Shown here: piece by piece, positions 23,301 to 30,804 of the stretch | Layout: each line of letters starts with the position of its first letter | Numbering within the stretch: the first letter of the stretch is position 1 | From: an uncultured Parachlamydiaceae bacterium | Lineage (GTDB): Bacteria > Chlamydiota > Chlamydiia > Chlamydiales > Parachlamydiaceae | Assembly: GCA_963742415.1 (NCBI GenBank) | Contig: CAVULX010000003.1 | Coordinates: 96,001 to 160,000 of the forward strand | Length of the DNA: 64,000 nt | Direction: 5' to 3' | Notes under the pieces: generated by a model | Seen by the model: only the letters and a program-made list of their open reading frames with translations | What the model was told of the DNA's origin: nothing | Databases searched by the model: none | Position numbers and translations under genes: made by a program

Positions 23301-26219
23301 CCGGATCCTTTTTTTTAGTTCTTTAGACGAGATATTTGAGGAAAGCCTTGGAATATGTTTCATGGGCAGCTTGGAGGAGGTCGTCGAAGATACGGAAGGA
23401 AGTTTAAAATAATGGGGTCTAAACAGGGGAATCCCGTCATTTATAGCCGAAGCATTTTCACTTGAAAATCCTGGAGCAAGGGGAATCGGCGTTTGCAATG
23501 TGAAGGAAACTTCCTTGCTTGTTTTGATCTTATCGATCTCTCCTTTTATCTCTGTTCCTAAGCGGGTCGCATCTTGTTTGAAATTATTTCCAAAATTTAA
23601 ATTCCATATGAGCTGAACCATCATTTTAGCTAATCGTAATGAAACAGCGATTAAGACATTCCGCAGCCAAGACATAACTGAAGGGGGCAAAACATAAGGC
23701 AAGATGGAGATGATCAGAGGTAAATCCAACAAATTCCATATTCCTCCATGGTATACTCCCAGGCCTAATAGAATCACATTCGTGAGCTTCCTGGCAATTT
23801 GCCAATAAATCAATAAGTGTGATCCAAAAAATTTGCCCTCAAATTCACTTTTGGAAGTCTTATTTTGACTTTTGACTTTTGTGGTTTTTTCGGGGATCAG
23901 ATCTTTATAACCATTCAATAGGTCCTTGAAATACTGTCCGATTTCATCTCCAAAAGCCCAAGAAACAAAATCTACCTTTCCTTCAAAAAATTCGGAAGAG
24001 ACTCCTATCAAATCGAACAGGGTTCTGACAGCTTGTTGGGGCCGACCTTCAGCAAAAATATCTCTTGGATTAATTTTTACCTCTATGGTTTTTTCAAGAT
24101 CCGCATAAAGAAAATTTTGTACTGCTTGTTCCAATTCTTTAAGAGTTGCTTCAATGCGTGAAATTCGCATTGAATTTTCTGCCGCTGTTTTTAGAAATTT
24201 TAATTCCTTTTTTATTTCACCCACTGCATTTTGAATCAATCGACAAACTTTCATGTCCGGAATGACAAAGGATTGATTTTCACCGGTCAAATAGGGCTGA
24301 CAGAAGTTTAAAAGTCCTTCAAGGTGCATTTCAAAGACAGGGTGTTTACGTGGTGTAGCAGGGCAAAACAACATTGTCTGCATCATGCGCCAGCTAGAAG
24401 CGGGAAATCTATCGCCGATTTCTGCATCTTCTGCCACACTATTAGGGGCCAAATTTCCTTTCAACATTTCAATAGGTCCTGAATAAATGTCATGCGAATT
24501 GCAAGTCGTTTCAGAATTGCAATAAGGTTCCAAATGGCGAGTAAGCATGGCGTATATAAAATCGGTATTTACCCTTTCTGGATCGATATCTTTTAAACGA
24601 AGAACACAATATGGAAGCCCCGTTTTATAATTCTGCGGGTGATGGGCTAAAGAAGTCCCCAAAGAGTAAATGGCAGTGGAGAAAGTCCCGTCTTCATCTT
24701 TTCCAAATTCAATCCATAAAGGACCTGAAAGCAATAACCAATCTAAACCAGCCAATTCGATCACAGCCCCTGGCACAATGTTTTGAACTTTCTGCAAATG
24801 CTCTGAAAACTGCTTTTGTATTTCACTTTGCTTGGTTTCAATTTGATGATGAATAAAAAGTGTCAATTGTTTTTCAATCTTCGCCAAGATCTCTTCCCTT
24901 TGATCCTGGTCAAAAAGATCCGGCCCGTTTTCGGCTATCCATCGTAAAGTTGATTTCAGCTGGGGTTGGCTTATAAAATGGGAAACATTCCCGAGAACCC
25001 CATCTTGCAAAACATGTTCCAAATATGACTCAAATACGTCTGGAAGACATTTTACTAAATTTGAAGAATTTCCCCTCTCGGGATCAGCAAACAAATAGCC
25101 AAACAACATTTTTGCCATTGAATGATCATCCGAATTCCCTTCAGGAACCTGTGTTGAAGCTGCGCCAAATAGAAACTCGGCATCCGATTCTCGATCATTT
25201 TCAATAGAATCCCCCCCTGCCTCTTCGGAGGGCGTTGCTGATGTCTCTTTTTCTTCCGCCCTCATCCCCTTGCGAAGCGTGCCGAAAAATTGGGTGATCA
25301 TCTCATCAGCTAACTTTTGAGCATCCGGTATTTTTCCCTCAGCCAAACACTCTTTGATAGGTTCAGGCAAAATTTTAGTTGAACTTTCAGGAAGTTGGTT
25401 TAGTTTTAAAAAAATCGATTGCAACGTGGGCCGTAGATTTCCATAACTAAAGAAAAAGATCTTTTTCTCACTTCGCGCTAATTGGTGGATAGCTTGAACA
25501 AGCTGGGTACTTCTATTGCGCATTTTATCCATCCGCTCAGTAAGGGGCAAAGAAACCCCTGAAGGGATAACTTCTTCGATCAACTGACGATCGAGTGTCA
25601 AGGCTTCTCGAAGAAGCCTTATTTTTTCCTGAAAGAAAGGAACCCCATATTCAGGATGTTCTGCCAAAAATCTCTCGAGGTACCTTAATCCTACTTTGAT
25701 GTCTTTCCCATCGTTAAGGCTAAACAAGGATTGCAATATCCCAGCATTAACCTCTTTCCGTTCTTCTGCGGAGATGGAACGGAGAAGGGAAAGGCGGGCG
25801 ATGTTTTCCTTTTCCTCACGAATGCTGTTCTGCCGAGTAGTCTCAAATTCTTGAACTTCAGGCGAACGGGTAAAAGATCCATTTTGCAAGGAAGCCGAAG
25901 CAAGGGGCTTTTTTTTGAGGCTTTCTTTATAAAATTCTACGATTCGAAATCCATAGTTTCTAAGAGAGGCTGTATTCTCTGCCGCCAATGTAGCAACAGC
26001 CCGCGCAAATAGGGATTGAACCTCAAGGTCATAGGCTGTTTTTTTCCAAGGCAATTGGATCCATGAGATCAAATGCCCCTTCCATGAGTCCCTTAGATAA
26101 ACAGTATCTTTTTGAAAAGGGGAAGGAATAAAAAGGGTATTTAATTGCGAAGAGATAGAAGAATCTTTAACGTTTAAGTGCAGCAAATCGAGAAGCTGCT
26201 TGGCTTTAATTGGATTCAT
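14397..26219 (-). CDS. giant 3940-aa protein with C-terminal DUF3638-like SF2-type P-loop module; putative secreted effector
   Basis: Uninterrupted 11.8-kb ORF; AQPGVGKT (Walker A), IDEAHE, CTGTP, IIDGGALF, YYDQRHGFGSDIKQ, Q/E-rich tract; internal hydrophobic segments. Confidence 0.8.
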   Translation of the reverse strand: MNPIKAKQLLDLLHLNVKDSSISSQLNTLFIPSPFQKDTVYLRDSWKGHLISWIQLPWKKTAYDLEVQSLFARAVATLAAENTASLRNYGFRIVEFYKESLKKKPLASASLQNGSFTRSPEVQEFETTRQNSIREEKENIARLSLLRSISAEERKEVNAGILQSLFSLNDGKDIKVGLRYLERFLAEHPEYGVPFFQEKIRLLREALTLDRQLIEEVIPSGVSLPLTERMDKMRNRSTQLVQAIHQLARSEKKIFFFSYGNLRPTLQSIFLKLNQLPESSTKILPEPIKECLAEGKIPDAQKLADEMITQFFGTLRKGMRAEEKETSATPSEEAGGDSIENDRESDAEFLFGAASTQVPEGNSDDHSMAKMLFGYLFADPERGNSSNLVKCLPDVFESYLEHVLQDGVLGNVSHFISQPQLKSTLRWIAENGPDLFDQDQREEILAKIEKQLTLFIHHQIETKQSEIQKQFSEHLQKVQNIVPGAVIELAGLDWLLLSGPLWIEFGKDEDGTFSTAIYSLGTSLAHHPQNYKTGLPYCVLRLKDIDPERVNTDFIYAMLTRHLEPYCNSETTCNSHDIYSGPIEMLKGNLAPNSVAEDAEIGDRFPASSWRMMQTMLFCPATPRKHPVFEMHLEGLLNFCQPYLTGENQSFVIPDMKVCRLIQNAVGEIKKELKFLKTAAENSMRISRIEATLKELEQAVQNFLYADLEKTIEVKINPRDIFAEGRPQQAVRTLFDLIGVSSEFFEGKVDFVSWAFGDEIGQYFKDLLNGYKDLIPEKTTKVKSQNKTSKSEFEGKFFGSHLLIYWQIARKLTNVILLGLGVYHGGIWNLLDLPLIISILPYVLPPSVMSWLRNVLIAVSLRLAKMMVQLIWNLNFGNNFKQDATRLGTEIKGEIDKIKTSKEVSFTLQTPIPLAPGFSSENASAINDGIPLFRPHYFKLPSVSSTTSSKLPMKHIPRLSSNISSKELKKRIRGWLTNQTIQLGAKREAYLVKQILSLDPPSLDGDSMWDRVEDPLEFMDLLTDLSLDLMIYKSIDARAETLKKQMAQEELGNTQQTNGEKTKKEKSEELNTLNKNVPFIVAMYQIQAILLCLARKCPDAHIKEQQIYAAGLRTFYAAKGLVIEDPELLERLEGLNLYLLPDFVLEQKYEMKEFFSKQKNRLFYYEQGYQFIDAFRDFSSKIWEDPLDIGKPPPVPSIIDDFNQGKLKRISKGEREYLKVLAADPKTSARLKDLGFTETLTEHQKMLVLFQESLVFTRKNPLLPRAFTLLKLQTLLCQSIGTLLLREETEPKLINPKDLPPPEYPKNCSMRKPKAVWKISYNENDYSMLTHLTKFPWLNGFKSQKIIWTWSESPDLMFPEHCREEAAVLEKPKSRLWDALETGGKEISERILHYINFIKEEGICKYVQEIDFRIWLDSIFFAPGALKQQILKSPQSVQMFGELFNELIEQKYIEKFLWSIDLGIRIKRFCCFYHPESKAYFPDFTDYLEKIPTGNVTWRHKKRLQAMHAISLGFPGEANQEEEKQKTLSIFLDAWFDGAAFSSEEKDEYQRLIPNFMEAFSRWLPIIENDLKDQTRRNEILDDLVKKRGIAFEGEGQIDWSQAGDWKFEKNGVLVDFEDGSIKLTNSSNGKKICLSPEEWENIKSQIKTILGINESSLKIINDRLFRTKDGRFEAEVVLSGNEKIIVLREVIEGVVYEYISAGNEEIFLNFKSNLIKNLKAQLNTHLLKNILFWVEKTEQPVKKLLIQSKGNLNNFTILTYNPEHPEELIDLPTAESNSSSAAKDPVIVPTDLILSQIKPLTRFCPAKKIVAKAYPGDPYISHLCLKEQNLNFNFYKSRKGEIIGKSKEFSDFHIAKCQEHSALKGMTSYLILENGAGKKKVLLSQKQYIHSIFTRFLFLTGPAERFVQDQLAALNENLAISGYVELDIYEGHSGGSRLGSGDPEKLGHLLLFYIIQGKKQAAEEICKELERIYRSQKVPSYLWNTISLLALVPIEIEGIGYLRRRLFSALEQNHHLFPDSSSAVHEKDGEQNPFKFGSETAQFILVAATALWDLNSHINAPDPRQPLTTNQEFFLFKCVYRHLGVVFRDKLKLPKKVLDFVEEIGWDTIIEAMCITPGLSQRYRQLKENAGIQDTMISSLVQLASRAISAPSGIPALCEGKPVRYTATLWNNKGGVLGAIIETFSRFRDQRWFDLKALRLRRFYREMDPWIEPSPNMNPQTLTALEFKKNFSAHYALARGDFPFKQEEYPEHFIPTQEDLIRLLTLKKGGWDRQTQVLMLYLEAIILYPTAFPDTHDLIVAHMSTDTGADKAEFDKRHPRWGKFFEELNARMFETYFLSEFVDPLYKYLFHAIGTDRVLAAIRDQLMPPQFFSYAPTSQFAEMGSKAVTDMAWDPMLDAGTSLRNEVGGIGRYFIKNKITRWDVARAAKHVLITAGAVYGTVYLAGTATAEVTQSFCEASSGMLSAAECTAARTHELGSSLYIYAVAGVAKYFLAKKMDRNLGWRQVLPMPIFTVPAMHVIGKIYHAYTQKTKIETVNARARDQIVRLSVSFSSLKTDDQIVNTFLDQLFNLAFKEEKGVLNQESDLQSDKESDALELTELEKELDSIEEGLNQPEVEVKLFQERPSDSPVVKDRIKRVNDSIKAFYQKADPNPTYYILKDTKALIDIYIRLQSFYSIFSQHVEEEKSKLLGIFNTTKFGFLSGTASIGFLDLVTLVENNSLGLLVEDTGLSNLIIPKLELAIARIDHKTSRLQQVERLLKIMDEISKASSNVHSSEYWEKVEQLAIELKIRPAINLDSHNQDVLRRNLRFQAGSGHMLWEQQVKKGEMILSEIRKDVAFEAQPGVGKTHYVIPAIAVNKLDGNNLVMIISPKQLAGDNQSKFSIQLRSIYNKASHVLSFKRENTLYRGNLEALLGLMTNAKEEREVLQLTKEDPQTLRALLDARLFDYFFKDKGKNYEEKRCLILLHKALSLMYTKGIAVIDEAHEIYRFRHQLNFTIGSSKTIDNDFYIIMEAVARVMIRDPELCGPMQNNKLYTIDKERYEKVIKPRIAEILSKDLRFKIKKNKQARAEFIEFVCDLSEEIPLWITSDLLLYQQISIVKGMLNVLFPMNFKNIASVHYMASQKGNGEFARPSDGNSHVVEQNSIQSPYETLMKTMLMLFANGLNEDQFEKFLAAMAKSARKEMEAKKILYDQTFIYRKFKDDLVESLLFSTTPRSSNPFYFSTFDALRKNLDACLLYVRHCIKNEIRYWTQSIQVTSHDFAMMFHQISCTGTPYNDGTYPDGIKMILDPTTMGELLHIIHQKCSQDRIHILKSNEPTLILKEILKTYFKAGSKFSAIIDGGALFTGKQNEEVAKAMMDHCNRYRPDIEGIKFYKDDEQLYCFVKNETEPRLAATLEKEPKKCLTYYDQRHGFGSDIKQSGDGLETVGPDHPLFRLVQELFRIRDLKKQQKLKQIEDLILKMPVQNIHLCLTKDVQRMILGYDPDDKNLRTPTLHEILNYAVRNEAAIGEEENYPATGKKIFTTSKKAIYHKIMMTPSEQFSKWSNVWKEFKDIFITNNEDDPSKIFGLLRVTVDPKKVLKATKKQALALINNSRSFKEREKKQVKKNLKELAYPVLTEQVVASKQSKEGKLEIAPLDVLEITQTIETNVEQTKEHERQEESQNESQQELQNQQESQQCQSRSRFHYQEIDWPKIEDETSVNWLIFSTPEVENVILSSWTLPFLGMKKQKTCPFYTVRSLLESAGSQTLQVIAPYFDQRLWLSNNFVVRKKYSLLETASEIGSKHQFGLHEVLVHFMETEEGIKILYVGPLSVRDSVMWRKKLTPNPIYWKEKEVKVVLWDVHSRTIQAGYPIAQANLRNNDDFNLLIGQLKILDGTVDVIAEKGVLCKWLKEIDAEKIQDAFEEIHKQRGKQTYSGSIVEDLFIEAIPERPYEEKI

Positions 26220-26247
26220 AAAATTAAATTAGTATTAATTACCGATA

Positions 26248-26276
26248 ATTTTAATAAAATATTACAAAAATTTCAA
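26248..26276 (-). promoter_or_regulatory. sigma66-type promoter of the giant ORF
   Basis: TTGAAA-N17-TAAAAT on minus strand, 28 nt upstream of ATG. Confidence 0.55.
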
Positions 26277-26329
26277 TGTTATTATTATAAAATAATTTAT
26301 TTAAAGATATTACATCTAGATGCTGTATA

Positions 26330-26455
26330 AAAAAAACAGGATAAGCAAGATCGCCTTCGGCGGCAGGATAAGCAGGATAACCAGTAGGAGAAAGTCCCTG
26401 AGGGTTATCCTGCTTATCCTGCCGCCGAAGGCGATCTTGCTTATCCTGTTTTTTT
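26330..26455. repeat. perfect 53-bp inverted repeat, family A copy 1
   Basis: A7-CAGGATAAGCAAGATCGCCTTCGGCGGCAGGATAAGCAGGATAACC (26330-26382), 20-nt loop, exact complement (26403-26455). Confidence 0.95.
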
Positions 26456-26479
26456 GAAACTTTGTGCTCTGACTTAATC

Positions 26480-26950
26480 TCAGCCTCTAAAATGGCTTCT
26501 CAACATCCAGGCAATCTTTTCGTGATAGCGCAAACGCTCAATTAACAAATCAGCGCTCCCCTCATCTTTCAATTGCTGGAATTCTGGAATCCAAGGACGA
26601 ATCGTATTGGCTATTTGGACATGATCCTCAATCAACTGCTGAAGCATTTCATTTCCCGTTAATTCACTCTCAGGTTCTTCCAAGGCTGTAATTTCGAGAA
26701 ATTGTTTTAAAGTTGCAGGTGCTTTTTCGTTCAAAGCACGTATCCTTTCGGCTATGACATCAACTGTTTCAGCCAAGGCATGGTATTGATCATCCAACAT
26801 TTCATGTAAGGAAAAAAATCTTTCGTCGACAATATTCCAATGAAAATTTTGAGTTTTTACGTAGAGCACATATGTATCAGCCAAGAGGCGGGAAAGCTGC
26901 TTGCTAATTTTTTGGCAAGCATTTGGATTTAATTGAATAGTCGCACTCAT
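26480..26950 (-). CDS. dps: Dps DNA protection/ferritin-like protein
   Basis: LYVKTQNFHWNI, FFSLHEML, DVIAERIRAL, EKIAWML. Confidence 0.95.
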   Translation of the reverse strand: MSATIQLNPNACQKISKQLSRLLADTYVLYVKTQNFHWNIVDERFFSLHEMLDDQYHALAETVDVIAERIRALNEKAPATLKQFLEITALEEPESELTGNEMLQQLIEDHVQIANTIRPWIPEFQQLKDEGSADLLIERLRYHEKIAWMLRSHFRG

Positions 26951-26984
26951 ACGGCCTCCTCTAATTTAGGCATCAATAAAAGTA

Positions 26985-27524
26985 TTAATTTAGTTTAGGC
27001 GCCTCAGGAAAATCAACTTTAGTATCGATAATAATGTTAAAATAGTTAGTAAACATATTGAGGACGATCACCATGATAATCTCCACAATTTCACTGTCCG
27101 TGACCCCAGCACTCTTTAGATTTTTCACATCTTGATCTGTCACTTTCCCTTTGCTATCAACCACTTGCTTTGTAAACTTCAAAATGGCGCTCGTTTTGGG
27201 ATCTTCAGATTCCCCTTTGCGGGCATGGAGAATCTCATCAGGCTTAATACCCAATGATCCTCCAATGAATGTGTGAGCGGATAAACAGTACTGGCACTGA
27301 TTAGCCTGCCCTACCGTTAAAGCAATTTTTTCCCTCACCTGCGGCCTTATACTCGTTTTATCAACCGCCTTCGAAAGATTAAGATATCCTTCCAAAACCG
27401 CTGGCGAATGTCCCATTGTTTGAAAAATGTTGGGAACTCTCCCCATCTGTTTTTGAATGATCTCCAGCAATTCCTTAGCTTTGCTTCCTGCTTTTTCAGG
27501 TGCGATAGGTGCAACGCGAGTCAT
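26985..27524 (-). CDS. AhpD/carboxymuconolactone decarboxylase family peroxidase-related protein
   Basis: REKIALTVGQANQCQYCLSAH (ExxxxxVxxxNxCxYCxxxH). Confidence 0.9.
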   Translation of the reverse strand: MTRVAPIAPEKAGSKAKELLEIIQKQMGRVPNIFQTMGHSPAVLEGYLNLSKAVDKTSIRPQVREKIALTVGQANQCQYCLSAHTFIGGSLGIKPDEILHARKGESEDPKTSAILKFTKQVVDSKGKVTDQDVKNLKSAGVTDSEIVEIIMVIVLNMFTNYFNIIIDTKVDFPEAPKLN

Positions 27525-27664
27525 AATTCCCCCCCTTTTTACATAATCAACATTTAGCCAAAATCCCTTGGCAATGCAAGCTTTTCCATCATATTGTTGC
27601 TAATTTTTTTTTGAATCCTTACATTCACAATCAGTAGTTAAACGTCAGAGCCAGGAGCGGGGCA

Positions 27665-28909
27665 ATGGTAAAAAAATTGTTATCCATCGGTTATTATCTC
27701 ACCATCTTTATTTATTTTTATGTCAGCCCACTTCCAGCAAGCGATAAAATAGTTGCTCAAAACGGAGAAACATCCCCCAGTAACGAAACACAAAAAGAAT
27801 ATCATCGCCTAATCTTTGATAAAATTGAAAACGCAATCTTTATAAAAAGTTATGGTGAGTATCTCCAAAACCTCAAAATAGAGCTGCAAACACGTCAAAA
27901 GAAACCAGAACAGGAGGTTCCGGCATTCCAAGTCGCTATTTTAGGAAATAGCACCAATGACATCACCTCAGATGGAATTAATGAAAAAGTGCTCGTCATG
28001 CTCCTGCAATCTATCAGCAAACACAACCCCCAAGCGGTCTTTTTTACAGGTAATTTAATTCATGGATTAAAAGCGGCAGAAAAAAACAATAAAAATATCA
28101 TCGAAATGCCCGTTGAAAAAACACTCACAGGAGAGATCATCGAAAAAGATAGGGGGGTCTATGACAAAGAGTGGTTTGAGCAACAACTGGATCATTTTAC
28201 CGAAATTTTAAACAAAAATCTGGAGCCTTCGATCCCATTCTATCCAGTTCCAGGCGCGTACGAAACATTAGGAGCAGATTCCTTAGAGCTCTTTAAAAAC
28301 CATTTTAAGCTTGAAAATGTGGAAATCTTTGATTCACAACAACTCGCTTATACCGTTGTCATTGAAAATGCCCTATTTGTCCTTTTATCCACTGATTATT
28401 TGAATGAAAAAACTCGTCATGTCGAGCCGGGTCTCCTTCCCCCACTACTGACTTGGTTGCAAACCACAGTGAGCAAAATGAACGGTTCATACTTTTACAA
28501 ATTTGCTTTAGGCTCCAGTGCCGCTTTTTCCACGAAGAACTCTTTCGGAATTTTCGACGGATTGGACAAAGACCCAAAAACAAGGGATCAATTCTGGCGG
28601 TTTTTACGCGACCATCAATTTTGGGCTTATATTTGCAGTGGTGAAGTTCTATTCGACAGATCTTTTACCCATGGAATGTGGCAAATCATTACCGGCGGAG
28701 CCGGCGCGGCGCGCAACTTTCGTGGTGTCAAGTCCACGGCCTTTCACCATTATCTTCTATTGACAATTCCAAAAGAAAAAGGGGGAAAGGTCATCATCGA
28801 AGTCTACGATTTAGCGGGAAAAGCTGTAGATCAAGCCACGATTGTGCAAGGAAAGCACCCCTCGTTCGAACACAATTTTCGGATTTCTTTTAGCACACTA
28901 GAACCTTAG
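27665..28909 (+). CDS. exported calcineurin-like metallophosphoesterase-fold protein with degenerate active site
   Basis: Signal/TM; motif-positioned ILGNS, FFTGNL, VPGAYE, ICSGEVLFDR, QIITGGAGA. Confidence 0.6.
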   Translation: MVKKLLSIGYYLTIFIYFYVSPLPASDKIVAQNGETSPSNETQKEYHRLIFDKIENAIFIKSYGEYLQNLKIELQTRQKKPEQEVPAFQVAILGNSTNDITSDGINEKVLVMLLQSISKHNPQAVFFTGNLIHGLKAAEKNNKNIIEMPVEKTLTGEIIEKDRGVYDKEWFEQQLDHFTEILNKNLEPSIPFYPVPGAYETLGADSLELFKNHFKLENVEIFDSQQLAYTVVIENALFVLLSTDYLNEKTRHVEPGLLPPLLTWLQTTVSKMNGSYFYKFALGSSAAFSTKNSFGIFDGLDKDPKTRDQFWRFLRDHQFWAYICSGEVLFDRSFTHGMWQIITGGAGAARNFRGVKSTAFHHYLLLTIPKEKGGKVIIEVYDLAGKAVDQATIVQGKHPSFEHNFRISFSTLEP

Positions 28910-28925
28910 TGTGCATCGACATGGT

Positions 28926-28970
28926 CGAAGCGGACTTGGACTTTGCCGTTCGTCCATTAAGTCCGCTTCG
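28926..28970. repeat. imperfect palindrome between convergent genes, related to the 9993 element
   Basis: CGAAGCGGACTT...AAGTCCGCTTCG with inner GGAC/GTCC pair. Confidence 0.7.
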
Positions 28971-28991
28971 TTCATGATGTTAGTCCAATTT

Positions 28992-29300
28992 TTATCTAAA
29001 GAATCCTAAAGAAAATCCTGTGTAAACAGCAGGGCGAGAAGGATATACATATGTTCTTGGAGCTGGCTGAACATAGACTCTTTCCCGAACTGGATAGGGA
29101 TAATATCCATAAGGATTCACATAAACACGCTCTTCCACGTATGTTGGATATTGTTGCTCAACGACATATCCTGGAGTACTGATAAGGGGTCCAAAGTTCA
29201 AGGAAAAGTGGGTGTGGTGTTTGGCTTCCAAAGACAATTTAGGGCCTACAACAAAAAAAGCGGTTAATAACAAAACTGAACATAAAATTGATAGTTTCAT
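28992..29300 (-). CDS. small secreted Pro/Tyr/Val-rich hypothetical protein
   Basis: GGAGG RBS, signal peptide, repeated ERVYV, C-terminal FSLGFFR. Confidence 0.75.
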   Translation of the reverse strand: MKLSILCSVLLLTAFFVVGPKLSLEAKHHTHFSLNFGPLISTPGYVVEQQYPTYVEERVYVNPYGYYPYPVRERVYVQPAPRTYVYPSRPAVYTGFSLGFFR

Positions 29301-29468
29301 AAAACCTCCATGGTTTATTTATTAACTCATCAACAATTTTACTTAATTAAATATTTTTATGGAATATAAAATAAAAATTTTACAATATAAAGTACCGTTG
29401 CCTAAATAACCACTTAGATTACTAAAAATTACTTTAAATCGTCTTCCAAAGTTTTATTTAAGAAGCTC

Positions 29469-29497
29469 TTGATTATATGGAAAATTCGTGGTAAAAT
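29469..29497 (+). promoter_or_regulatory. sigma66-type promoter of Xre-RES operon
   Basis: TTGATT-N17-TAAAAT with TG extension. Confidence 0.55.
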
Positions 29498-29509
29498 GAA
29501 GGAAAAAGC

Positions 29510-29923
29510 ATGGTTAAAGGAAGTTTTTTCATGAGCGCATTAAGTCATGATATTTTTTCGAACATACCAAAAAAGGATTATCTTTCCCTTCTTGATAAAG
29601 GAGATTCTCCTCGTGCTTCCAAGGTTATTGAATTCGTCGAATTTAAAAAAGATGATATTGCAAAAGCTACTGGGGTTCCTTTCAGTTCTGTTCGTTATGA
29701 CGAACGGATGCCTCAAATCCTTAAAGATAGATTGAGAGAATGGGCGAATTTATTTAATTTGGTTGCTCAGTTTTTTGAAGGGGATGCTACAAAAACGGCT
29801 CTTTGGTTTAAGACCCCAAATCCAATGCTTGGTAACATTTCTCCTCGCGATATGATACGCTTCGGCCGTTATCAAAAACTTCTTAAATTTATTGTCAATG
29901 CAATCTCTGAAAACCAAAATTAG
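29510..29923 (+). CDS. Xre/MbcA/ParS-type antitoxin (DUF2384-like C-terminus)
   Basis: HTH (DIAKATGVPFSSVRY); FFEGDATKTALWFKTPNPMLGNISPRDMI. Confidence 0.85.
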   Translation: MVKGSFFMSALSHDIFSNIPKKDYLSLLDKGDSPRASKVIEFVEFKKDDIAKATGVPFSSVRYDERMPQILKDRLREWANLFNLVAQFFEGDATKTALWFKTPNPMLGNISPRDMIRFGRYQKLLKFIVNAISENQN

Positions 29924-29935
29924 CATCCTTTCAAC

Positions 29936-30634
29936 ATGCATTCAAAATCTCCATTTTTTTTGCTCGATTCTTTTTCTGCACAAGATCTTGATATATGGGA
30001 AGCTCAAAAAGACAAAATTCTTAGATATCATTGGGATCTCTACAATGACTTTGCTTACCAAAGACATAAAATAGCTGACCAATTACGCATGGCCCTTCTG
30101 GAAGCTACCATCAGGCCTTACGAATTTAAGGGATGGCAAAGACAAGTGAGTCTTTCAGCTTTAGAATTAGCCTTAATAAAAAAGGATTCTATTAGCATTG
30201 TTTCTGTAAATGGAAAATTGGAATCAATTATCGATTTGCAAAACCCTAGCAAACTAAAACCATTTCTAAATCTGATTAAAAAATTTTCTATCTCAGAAGG
30301 AATTATTCAAATGGCAAAAAACATTGGTATAGAACGTCCCTCAAAAATTAAAAGCCTTAAATCTTTAATCGATACACTTTTGGAACCTTACTGACGAGCG
30401 TGGTGTATTCAATTCGATATTCCTGCCAATTGTCAAATTTTTGGTCAATTGGTGGCAAATGCAGGAATAGAAGGAATCCTATATCCATCCAAATTCACAG
30501 GGAAGAAGTGCTTAGCAATCTATCCTCAGAACTTTGATTCGGAATCCTTTATTACTATAGAAGGGGGTTTTCCAGAAGGTATAGTTTCAAGACTAGATTC
30601 AAATACTTGGCCATCGATAAAAGCGTCATTTTGA
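29936..30634 (+). pseudogene. RES-domain toxin pseudogene
   Basis: In-frame TGA at 30392-30394 (EPY*RAWCIQFDIPANCQIFGQLVANAGIEGILYPS); RES C-terminal GILYPS...CLAIYP present, central GRF/LY segment absent. Confidence 0.75.
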
Positions 30635-30804
30635 ATCAATTGTCTTTTTGGTCCACTAGTGTTCCAGTACACGGCGCGATTTCTCAATATCAACCACTAT
30701 AAATCAACATCTTTTCTCTATAAAAAATCTCTACGACAAAAAATTAAAATAAAAATTTGACTCATATTAAACAAATCAAGATGATAGGGTTTTAAAGGTA
30801 TGGT

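Noticed and set aside
14472-26012. Many short ORFs within the giant gene, and similar ones in secDF, tsp and ytg genes
   Set aside because: Antisense or out-of-frame shadows without recognisable motifs.
28891-28915. CIRCE-like element (TAGCAC...GTGC)
   Set aside because: Spacing and sequence do not fit CIRCE, and it lies at a gene 3' end.
30392-30394. TGA read as Trp or Sec (alternative code)
   Set aside because: Intact genes here end in TGA (batA-like, dps, scpA) and use TGG for Trp; a nonsense mutation is simpler.
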